A stretch of 37,872 bases of DNA, taken from NCBI GenBank assembly GCA_963976925.1, contig CAXBMT010000001.1, positions 1 through 37,872 on the forward strand. The letters run 5' to 3'. A model generated the notes under the pieces. That model made no database searches, was not told the DNA's origin, and worked only from the letters and a program-made list of their open reading frames with translations. The position numbers and the translations under genes were made by a program. Origin of the DNA: an uncultured Bdellovibrionales bacterium. GTDB lineage: Bacteria; Bdellovibrionota; Bacteriovoracia; Bacteriovoracales; Bacteriovoracaceae. This document shows positions 26,733 through 34,009 of the stretch, piece by piece; the stretch's first letter is position 1, and each line of letters opens with the position of its first letter.

Positions 26733-27498
26733 AAGAGTCTACAGGCATAGCACTTTTATCTGTAGGTATTAATAAGAAGTAGTCGAGAACGTAAGACAGA
26801 AAAACGCTCAGATGCTTACTTGTTCTTGGACTAACGCCCGACCACAGTCCAGGATAGGAATCCTTAATATCATTAACGATACTTTCTTCAGTCATACTGA
26901 TACCGCCGATTTTCAATAGAGTCTTCGTGACTAAGCTAGCAGGAGCGCTAAACAGAGAGTTAAGTACGTAAGCCTTATTTATGAAGGTAAAGAGAATTAA
27001 AGGAAAGGCGATGACCGATAAAAGTTGTGTCACAACACAGGCATAACTCCATCTAGAAGTTTTAAACCTATCAACACAAAGTTTTAAAAGATTATCCAAG
27101 TCTTCAGGTCGTAATTTTTGGGATAGTTTCTCACCGACAACGATGGCCGGATCTCTGAAGTATGAGTCGATAATCAATATATTGTCGCTTAACTCTTTGG
27201 AGCTAAAGATATCGATTTTTTTTTCAAATCTTTTTAAGGCTCTGAAGTTATCTACTTTTTGAACTAATGAGCTACTTATATTAACTCGCTTTGCCTTGAG
27301 ACTTGATAGTAAGAATCGATCTCCCAAGCTTAAAACAAAAACAAGCCATAGTTGTGCAAGTGCAAAACCAAAGTAATCACCGTTTGATGGCAAGATCACA
27401 AAAAATAAAGAGGCTAAACCTACTGTTAAACACAAGTGTGTTACGGCCAAGACAATGAAACTAAACAATTTATACCCAACCCATGGCGCGCCGCGCAC
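26698..27498 (-). CDS. hypothetical polytopic membrane protein (possible degenerate M48/M56-like topology)
   Basis: 266 aa with a GTG start. Two N-terminal TM helices, a soluble loop, then further TM helices. The 3' end overlaps the kinase gene by 35 nt. No HExxH motif. Confidence 0.45.
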   Translation of the reverse strand: MRGAPWVGYKLFSFIVLAVTHLCLTVGLASLFFVILPSNGDYFGFALAQLWLVFVLSLGDRFLLSSLKAKRVNISSSLVQKVDNFRALKRFEKKIDIFSSKELSDNILIIDSYFRDPAIVVGEKLSQKLRPEDLDNLLKLCVDRFKTSRWSYACVVTQLLSVIAFPLILFTFINKAYVLNSLFSAPASLVTKTLLKIGGISMTEESIVNDIKDSYPGLWSGVSPRTSKHLSVFLSYVLDYFLLIPTDKSAMPVDSFGSTNEAILSR

Positions 27499-27655
27499 AT
27501 ATCAATATTACAAGTACCCAACTGATTATAGACAATAACGGGGTTCAGGGCTATAACCGCAACACCTTGCAAGTGGTCAGATTTAATAAATTTAAGGTAT
27601 TTAGCCTGAAGATATTAAACCTAACTACTTGAAATAACTAATCGGGAGACCGAAG

Positions 27656-28492
27656 ATGAATTTTGACCGTCTATTATTTGGTACTGCTGGCGTTCCTAAC
27701 AGTACTGCAAAAAAGAACAACCCAATTGAGGGTGTTAAACAAATCCATAGCCTTGGACTAGATTGCATGCAGCTTGAATTCGCTCACGGCGTGAGAATGA
27801 AGGAAGAAGTATCATCTGGCCTTAGAAAAGCATCTTACGAGCTTGGTGTGCCACTTACTTCACATGGCCCCTATTACATTAACCTTAATGCTCGCGAGCA
27901 AGATAAGATTGATAGTTCTGTAGAAAGAATCATTCAAACTGCTAAGATTTCTGATCTTTGTGGCGCTGAATCTATGACGTTCCACGCTGCCTTTTATATG
28001 AAAGATTCTCCTTTTGACGTTTTTGATCTTGTTGAGAAGTCTCTTTCTGTTATTGAAGAAAGACTTGGTCGTCTTGATATTGAAATTGAGCTTCGTCCAG
28101 AACTTACGGGAAAGACAAGTCAGTTTGGATCACTTGATGAACTGATCAGCTTAACTAAGTCAGTACCTTCTTGTATGCCGTGCATGGATTTCTCTCACCT
28201 CTTCGCAAGAACTGGTGCTTACAATACAGAAGAAGAATTTGAAGAAGTACTAGTGCGCTTACGTGATGAGCTCGGCGCAAAAGCACTTCAAAATATGCAT
28301 ATTCATGTTTCAGGTATTAGCTCAAACAGCAAAGGTGACCTTAAGCACTTGAATCTAAAAGACTCTAGCTTTAACTGGCAAGCACTTCTTAAAAAGTTAA
28401 AAGAGTATGATTGTCGTGGTTACGTTGTCTGTAACAGCCCTAACCTTGAAGATGATGCATTGATGATGAAGAATTATTATCTTTCTCTCTAA
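27656..28492 (+). CDS. endonuclease IV (Nfo)/xylose-isomerase-like TIM-barrel family protein
   Basis: Segments parallel E. coli Nfo metal-site blocks: SHGPYYINLNA (PHDSYLINLGH), MTFHAAFY (LNFHPGSH), LRPELTGK (VIENTAGQ), CMDFSHLFA (CIDTCHAFA). GGGAGA SD upstream. Confidence 0.62.
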   Translation: MNFDRLLFGTAGVPNSTAKKNNPIEGVKQIHSLGLDCMQLEFAHGVRMKEEVSSGLRKASYELGVPLTSHGPYYINLNAREQDKIDSSVERIIQTAKISDLCGAESMTFHAAFYMKDSPFDVFDLVEKSLSVIEERLGRLDIEIELRPELTGKTSQFGSLDELISLTKSVPSCMPCMDFSHLFARTGAYNTEEEFEEVLVRLRDELGAKALQNMHIHVSGISSNSKGDLKHLNLKDSSFNWQALLKKLKEYDCRGYVVCNSPNLEDDALMMKNYYLSL

Positions 28493-28513
28493 AATTAATT
28501 TAAATGAATAATC

Positions 28514-28545
28514 AAGAAGCCGCTTTATGCGGCTTCTTTTTTTTC
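28514..28545 (+). terminator. rho-independent terminator after the endonuclease IV-family gene
   Basis: Stem GAAGCCGC (28516-28523), loop TTTAT, stem GCGGCTTC (28529-28536), then a T8 tract. The stop codon of the convergent 28525..29016 ORF lies in the loop. Confidence 0.72.
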
Positions 28546-29016
28546 TAAACCATTGAAATATTTCTCTAGCCAACAAATAGAAAAGTCATCCTTTTCGTTA
28601 AAAAAAGAAATTCTGGCACTTCCAAAGCTACCTATCAGAACACACTGAATAGTTCGTCCAACTAGCGTGGACAACAAATCGCTAAGTTCATCATTTACTA
28701 AGTTAACGAAGGTTAAATCTCGCCCCAAGCTTTGAAATGGACCCCAATTTCCAGGAAGATCAATATTCTGATTATTAAGACGAATACGATAACAGCCAAT
28801 CGCGGCCATATACTCTAATTTATGGGTCTGCTCCGATTGTCTATTTAGAAAGTTATCTAGAGTTGGATCGAGGTCGCAGTCTGCCAGTAGCGCATGATGA
28901 TCAAAGTGAGCATTCAGGTTGCCGATCGATGAGGATTCATCATGGCGCGGCAGCGACTGATAAGTCTCTTCCAATAAATGAGAAATGAGAAAATCTTCGT
29001 TTTTTTCACCTGACAT
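28525..29016 (-). CDS. hypothetical protein
   Basis: 163-aa ORF with no recognisable motif. It is co-directional with the two upstream envelope genes. Confidence 0.4.
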   Translation of the reverse strand: MSGEKNEDFLISHLLEETYQSLPRHDESSSIGNLNAHFDHHALLADCDLDPTLDNFLNRQSEQTHKLEYMAAIGCYRIRLNNQNIDLPGNWGPFQSLGRDLTFVNLVNDELSDLLSTLVGRTIQCVLIGSFGSARISFFNEKDDFSICWLEKYFNGLEKKEAA

Positions 29017-29046
29017 GGTGAACTTATCGGCACTTTTTAACCGAGC

Positions 29047-29484
29047 TTAAGGCTCAATAGGCTGTTCCGCTTGGTAATATGTCTTAATATCAGTGATATC
29101 AGCCAACAACCAGCTTTCTTCCTCAAGTCTGAGTTCAGCCATTTTCTTTAGCTCTACCTCAAAGGTTTTTACACCATTAGATGATTGTTCATACTTGAGC
29201 GTATAGGTCAAGAAGCATACTTTTGGCTGGCAATTACTTAAGTTTATTCTAAAGCTGTCACGACTAGCACCTTCAACTCTCAGGTACTTTGACATCTGTT
29301 CTTCATCTAGAGCTGCTAAGTCAGTTTTTAAGTCCCCAGTCGTTGCTTCTAATAATGTGTCTTTATCCATCTTGCCGTTAATGCTTAGCCTGACAAACTC
29401 TCTCAAGCTCTCTTCAGGTCCTAATTTTTTGGTACAAGATACAAGGGCCATGGCGGCTGTCAGTAAAATAGTAAGTCTTAACAT
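29047..29484 (-). CDS. hypothetical lipoprotein
   Basis: Signal peptide plus lipobox MLRLTILLTAAMALVSC. The mature part is about 125 aa with no motif. Confidence 0.6.
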   Translation of the reverse strand: MLRLTILLTAAMALVSCTKKLGPEESLREFVRLSINGKMDKDTLLEATTGDLKTDLAALDEEQMSKYLRVEGASRDSFRINLSNCQPKVCFLTYTLKYEQSSNGVKTFEVELKKMAELRLEEESWLLADITDIKTYYQAEQPIEP

Positions 29485-29493
29485 TAGTGGCCT

Positions 29494-30225
29494 CTAAACT
29501 GATTTAGATCTAGGGACAAATCCTCTATGATCTATAATTTTAAAATATTCATTCCAATTATAACCTTCATAGATATTTCTGTTATCGATAGTGAATCTTA
29601 TGCCGACCCCACCCTCAAACGAGCTTACGATTTTGCCAGTTTGTTGGAAGTGGACCCCATCAATTCGAGTTTCTAACTCAACAAGCGGACCTAAATTGGG
29701 GGTCAATGATTCATTCATATTCAAAGAAACAAAACATCCTTGTTCATCCCAGTTAGTTAGCTGGCCATGAATCTCATTAGAGTTTGCTTTTAAAGTTGCT
29801 GGAAGATCAAACTCTGATCTTTGTCCTATTGTGCTTTTAACATAGAGTGGATTATAGGCGGCACTCTCGATCTCACTATGATAGACCATCAAAAGATAGT
29901 AAGCAGTTACTAGAAAGAAAAAGTCCATTATGAGTACAACTTTATTAAATTCAGCAAGAGCCGCGTTCATTGAGTAAACTAAACATATTAATGACTGAAG
30001 AGCGACAAGCCATTTAGTGTAAGTGGACATTCTCCATGTAAAGACAATGCAAACTAAAGATAAAATAATCAGGCTTAAATATTCTTGAGAGAAGTTTACA
30101 AGTAGAGTTTTATCTATGGCAGAAGAACCACTCACCAATGAGTGAGACAAATGTACAAGATAAGGGCATAGAGCACTAAAAAGTAGTACGTAATAAATTA
30201 TAGATGAGCGTGAATGAATTTTCAT
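29494..30225 (-). CDS. membrane protein with a C-terminal PilZ-like beta-barrel (degenerate c-di-GMP motifs)
   Basis: About four N-terminal TM helices. The C-terminal QRSEFDLPATL...GQLTNWDEQGCFVSL...GKIVSSFEGGVGIRFT follows the PilZ spacing. However, RxxxR is not intact and [DN]xSxxG reads NWDEQG. Confidence 0.4.
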   Translation of the reverse strand: MKIHSRSSIIYYVLLFSALCPYLVHLSHSLVSGSSAIDKTLLVNFSQEYLSLIILSLVCIVFTWRMSTYTKWLVALQSLICLVYSMNAALAEFNKVVLIMDFFFLVTAYYLLMVYHSEIESAAYNPLYVKSTIGQRSEFDLPATLKANSNEIHGQLTNWDEQGCFVSLNMNESLTPNLGPLVELETRIDGVHFQQTGKIVSSFEGGVGIRFTIDNRNIYEGYNWNEYFKIIDHRGFVPRSKSV

Positions 30226-30274
30226 GACTCTTTTGCCTAATCGTTTAAAGCTTAATCTCTGTTATAATAGATGT

Positions 30275-30463
30275 ATGAGTCCTTATTTGGAAATAAATTC
30301 GACTTGTATAGATTGTGATAACTGTTTAGCGATCTGCCCAGATAACGCAATTCTAAAGTCTGAGCAAAACGGTTACACTATTGATACATTTGCATGTACC
30401 CTATGCGGACTCTGTATCGAGGTTTGTCCGGTTGATTGCATCAAGGTTTCAAGTCCTACTTAA
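30275..30463 (+). CDS. small 2x[4Fe-4S] ferredoxin
   Basis: Contains CIDCDNCLAICP and CTLCGLCIEVCP. I prefer the ATG at 30275 (62 aa). The track's start at 30224 would overlap the divergent gene's start codon and adds non-ferredoxin residues. Confidence 0.8.
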   Translation: MSPYLEINSTCIDCDNCLAICPDNAILKSEQNGYTIDTFACTLCGLCIEVCPVDCIKVSSPT

Positions 30464-31370
30464 TCTCAACCATGACATCTCCATAAACGATGCACGCATT
30501 GTTTAAAACCAGTTCTTGCTTGCTACACTCTTTTAAAACTATAGAGCCTTCTGGATAAATATTTTGTAGTTCGGCTTTTGAAAAGTTTAAAACATTCTTT
30601 TGCTTACAATTATAGCTTCTGTATTGTGAATTAATCTTTGACCTGTTTAGTAAGCCAGTCCTTTCCCAAAACAAGTAACTTTTATCGTTATTCATAACAT
30701 TATCTAAGACATCAAAGCATGATTTCTGATACTTACTAATTTCTCCAAAATCTAAGTAATCTCCATCTAAATCATTCACTTCGACTTTTTCTTTTTTATA
30801 ATTACTAACCGTTTCAAAATAGCGACTTTTTCCATGGATACGTTTTAATCCTGAAGCGTTTATCAGGCTTAAACCGACAAACATAGATCGTCCATCTCCA
30901 CTTTCAATATTCTTTAATATCCTCTGCTCGTCGTAGATTAGTGAGGAATAACTTCCAACTGTATCTGTTATAAATAACTTTGCTCTTTTATCTTTTTCTA
31001 GAATTAGTTTTTCTTTGAGTTTATTACTATCTACTGCAAGGTATTGATCTGAGTTTAAACAAACAAAAGTCTCTTTAATATCTCTGATCGAGATATAGTT
31101 TTGTACTCCTCCGCCAGAGTCGAGAATATCCATTTCGACAATTTGATGAACATTTGAAAAGTGATCATCTAGATATTGGCTAATTTTATCTCTTTGATGA
31201 TGTAAGTTAACAGATATATCGCTAACACCAATAGCGTTTAAAAATTTAATTTGTAAGCCAAGAAGTGTTGTATCAAAGACAGGCCACAATACCTTGGGAA
31301 TTAGCTGACCAATCTCCCCCATTCTTGTGCCGAAACCTGCAGCTAAAATAAAACCCTTATTAATATGCAT
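30456..31370 (-). CDS. murU: sugar-1-phosphate nucleotidyltransferase, MurU-like (N-acetylmuramate-1-phosphate uridylyltransferase candidate) with C-terminal extension
   Basis: N-terminal GFILAAGFGTRMGEIGQLIPKVLWPV is the NTP-transferase signature. The start overlaps the amgK-like gene by 11 nt. At 304 aa it is about 80 aa longer than the ~220-230 aa I recall for MurU. Confidence 0.6.
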   Translation of the reverse strand: MHINKGFILAAGFGTRMGEIGQLIPKVLWPVFDTTLLGLQIKFLNAIGVSDISVNLHHQRDKISQYLDDHFSNVHQIVEMDILDSGGGVQNYISIRDIKETFVCLNSDQYLAVDSNKLKEKLILEKDKRAKLFITDTVGSYSSLIYDEQRILKNIESGDGRSMFVGLSLINASGLKRIHGKSRYFETVSNYKKEKVEVNDLDGDYLDFGEISKYQKSCFDVLDNVMNNDKSYLFWERTGLLNRSKINSQYRSYNCKQKNVLNFSKAELQNIYPEGSIVLKECSKQELVLNNACIVYGDVMVEIK

Positions 31371-32385
31371 AATAAAGGCTCGCCAACTCTTGTCTTAACT
31401 GTGGGTATTTACCTGAAATGAACATAATATCTTTTAGTCTCTCGAACGCACGTCCAATATGTCTAAGATATCTAATATCTCCGCGTAATCGATAGATATA
31501 TGAAAAGCTTCCAATGGCTTTAAAAATTCTTTGAATGGCCATTAAGTAATATATTTCTAAAAATTCTTCTTTAGATTTATAAAGTGAGATACCAACTTTA
31601 TTCCAGTACCTATCTATCAACTGTGAGTGATTTTCCGGACTCAATTGATAATAACAATCTTCAAGAAGTGATGAGAGGTCATATTGCGGCAACCCTTTTC
31701 TTGCATCTTGAAAGTCTATAACGACTAATTCGCTTTGTTTAACCATTAAGTTTCTTGAGTGGTAATCTCTATGCGTAAAAACCCAAGGACCGTTCACGAG
31801 ACACTTAACAATCTTTGTAAAGTCTTCTACTATTAAGTCGTATTTATATTGTTCTCTTTTGTATCCCATCAATCCTTCGATAAACTGCTGAAATGTAAAA
31901 TGAATTTCTTGCATCAGCTTTTCTTCATCAAAAGTTCTTTTATTAAATATTTCATTAGGGTGATCGCTTAATTTGATTGAGTGTAGATCACAAACTAAGT
32001 CTACAGCTCTAGCATAAAGATCAAACTCTTCACTTCTATTGTGACATAGACTAAGTTGCCTTAAGAAGGTTTGATCACCAAGGTCTTCTTCAAGATAGTA
32101 GCCTTTTTCGATATCGCAATCTAAGATTCTTGGGACTCGAACTGATCCCTTTTCTAATACTTGTTGAATTCTTAAAAAGTCGGGTTCACCGTCTTCCAAT
32201 TTTCTAGGACTATCGAGGCAAACTACATAACCTTGTTCATTAAATACTACTCTATAGTACCTTCTTGTTGATGCGTCCCCTGTTAGCTTAATAATTTTAT
32301 AGTCTTCGTCTGGAATAATTTTTTTATTGATACTTTCGCTTACTAAAGTATCGACAAGTATTTTTTCAGATATTTCTAGCTTCAC
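31360..32385 (-). CDS. amgK: aminoglycoside-phosphotransferase-fold sugar kinase, AmgK-like (MurNAc/GlcNAc anomeric kinase candidate)
   Basis: Catalytic loop HRDYHSRNLMV and metal-binding IDFQDA. It directly precedes, and is translationally coupled to, the MurU-like gene, matching the known amgK-murU pairing. Confidence 0.62.
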   Translation of the reverse strand: MKLEISEKILVDTLVSESINKKIIPDEDYKIIKLTGDASTRRYYRVVFNEQGYVVCLDSPRKLEDGEPDFLRIQQVLEKGSVRVPRILDCDIEKGYYLEEDLGDQTFLRQLSLCHNRSEEFDLYARAVDLVCDLHSIKLSDHPNEIFNKRTFDEEKLMQEIHFTFQQFIEGLMGYKREQYKYDLIVEDFTKIVKCLVNGPWVFTHRDYHSRNLMVKQSELVVIDFQDARKGLPQYDLSSLLEDCYYQLSPENHSQLIDRYWNKVGISLYKSKEEFLEIYYLMAIQRIFKAIGSFSYIYRLRGDIRYLRHIGRAFERLKDIMFISGKYPQLRQELASLYYAY

Positions 32386-32393
32386 AAGTTATC

Positions 32394-33182
32394 CTATTCA
32401 ACATCTCGTCTTAAAGAATAAAATCCCCTTGATGAGTTTTTTTCTACGACAGAGATATCGTTCTCATTAGATGTTTTTGAAAGAAAATTTTTAAAGTTAA
32501 ATTCTTCTCTTGATATAGTACTTATATTGCCCACTGTAGCGGCAAAATCCAAGGCGTTTTTATTTTTAAGTTGAATGAGATTTAAAAGTGCTCCAGGATC
32601 AAATGCAGATCTCTTCATTAATAAATATGTCCATTTATTTACTTCTGCCCTCATTGATACGGGAAGCCTGACAATTGATAAAATCTGACCTGTATCAACT
32701 GTTCCAATCGGGACTATGACTTTTTTTTCATAAACGCCTTTTTCTGATCTAAATATTTCAGATGCCATAACAGCAACCAGGAGATCTTCATTGGCCAAAT
32801 ATCTTCTAATCAATCCCTTTGAAATAAAGTAAATCCCACCAGGAAGTGAGAAGTGAAACGGCTCTTTTTCATTAACGATGAAAAAGGTCGGCTTGCTATA
32901 TGATTGAAACAGTAATTCGTTATTTGATGTTATACGTTCATGAAGTTGAACCAAGTACTCTCTTGATCTCGAACTCAGGCTTATCATTCCACCCTTTCCA
33001 AGATTGTTGACATAATCTTGGCCTAAAGATCTAAGATGGTTAGAGAGTTCTAGTTGAGATTCAACAACTAGCTTTTTATTTAATGACTGCCTTGGATCCT
33101 CACTTGGACCTATTAAGCTACAACTTGAAAGAATTAACAGAAAAAAGGCCTTCAAATGAAGGCCTTTAAGATTTTTATTCAT
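32394..33182 (-). CDS. lipoprotein with M48-peptidase-like core but no HExxH (predicted inactive)
   Basis: Signal plus lipobox MNKNLKGLHLKAFFLLILSSC. PFHFSLPGGIYFISKGLIRRYLANEDLLVAVMASEIFRSEKG parallels the M48 pattern NAFA-PGG-I-v-GLl....nedELaaVlaHEigH. SEIFR (32748-32762) sits where HExxH is expected. Confidence 0.5.
   Translation of the reverse strand: MNKNLKGLHLKAFFLLILSSCSLIGPSEDPRQSLNKKLVVESQLELSNHLRSLGQDYVNNLGKGGMISLSSRSREYLVQLHERITSNNELLFQSYSKPTFFIVNEKEPFHFSLPGGIYFISKGLIRRYLANEDLLVAVMASEIFRSEKGVYEKKVIVPIGTVDTGQILSIVRLPVSMRAEVNKWTYLLMKRSAFDPGALLNLIQLKNKNALDFAATVGNISTISREEFNFKNFLSKTSNENDISVVEKNSSRGFYSLRRDVE
33141..33167 (-). terminator. terminator-like hairpin just downstream of the LysM gene, embedded in the next gene's signal-peptide codons
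   Basis: On the minus strand: AAAGGCCTTC-ATTT-GAAGGCCTTT (10-bp perfect stem, 33144-33167) running into TTTTTTCTG. Confidence 0.4.
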
Positions 33183-33193
33183 AGATTGAGCAT

Positions 33194-33820
33194 TTATTCT
33201 GAAGCAATATCACGATCTGGAATCCAGTAAAGTGTGAAGCCTGCAAAGATTTGGTTCTTATCAAGAATCATTGGTCTGTTGTTATTGTAGATATCTGTCC
33301 AACGGCTTGCTGTACCATATTTATCATTTGAAATCGTACCTAGTGTTTCCCCACTTCTGATTAAGTGTGGATTACCTTGAGGATTCCAAACAAATGGCTG
33401 ACTTGGCATATCGTATTGGATATTTTCACCAGCTCTTAATTGTGCAGAACTTTTACCAGGATTCATATCAGCAACTGACTTCCACTTACGATAGTCACCG
33501 TAAAGCTTGAAAGCAATCAACATATATGTGTCACCTGATTCTACTGTGTATGAGCCCATCTGACCTGTGGTCATGGCCATTCCCTGATCAACAGGTGCTA
33601 GGAACTGCTCTTCGACCATAGGATCAATTGATTCAGTCATAGGCGCATCTTCAACGGCCATTAGGTCTTCACTATCTGATTCAATGATAAAGTCGGCATC
33701 TTCTCCAAATGAAGCAATTTGATCCGTACCTTGTCCATCTTCAGCAGCTTGTTTTTTCTTACTAGAACATGCAGTACTTGTAAGAAGAGCTGCAATCATT
33801 AAAAGTGACATCAATTTCAT
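33194..33820 (-). CDS. lipoprotein with two LysM peptidoglycan-binding domains
   Basis: I prefer the ATG at 33820 (GGGAGAA SD upstream), giving the signal and lipobox MKLMSLLMIAALLTSTAC. LysM 1 is YTVESGDTYMLIAFKLYGDYRKWKSVADMN. LysM 2 is HLIRSGETLGTISNDKYGTASRWTDIYNNN. Confidence 0.8.
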   Translation of the reverse strand: MKLMSLLMIAALLTSTACSSKKKQAAEDGQGTDQIASFGEDADFIIESDSEDLMAVEDAPMTESIDPMVEEQFLAPVDQGMAMTTGQMGSYTVESGDTYMLIAFKLYGDYRKWKSVADMNPGKSSAQLRAGENIQYDMPSQPFVWNPQGNPHLIRSGETLGTISNDKYGTASRWTDIYNNNRPMILDKNQIFAGFTLYWIPDRDIASE

Positions 33821-34009
33821 GGGTTCTCCCGTTCTTTGTTTCAAAGAAGTATTCGGATTCATTATAGCAGTTCTTTAATTTTCCACATAATTTTCTTGAG
33901 CATGAGGAAGAAAGTGCCACCAAATATTGTCGGAATTGTTGATCTTTTTTCTCTTATCTTTTTTGACCATGCTAGACAGGCATTATTGCCTCAAGTTAAT
34001 CTTATAGTG

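Noticed and set aside
27481-27498. A GC-rich patch (CCATGGCGCGCCGCGCAC, containing the 8-bp palindrome GGCGCGCC) in an otherwise AT-rich region.
   Set aside because: It coincides with the first codons (MRGAPW) of the membrane-protein ORF. It is too short to be a meaningful repeat or structured element, and no second copy was seen.
33836-34009. The 58-codon N-terminal extension of the 33836..34984 ORF (TTG start), and similarly the 33821..33862 extension of the LysM gene.
   Set aside because: Both extensions cross the divergent promoter region and overlap each other on opposite strands. In each case an internal ATG is immediately followed by a clean signal peptide (MKILVLMSIYLLSYNSFAQS and MKLMSLLMIAALLTSTAC). 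The LysM one also has a GGGAGAA SD upstream.
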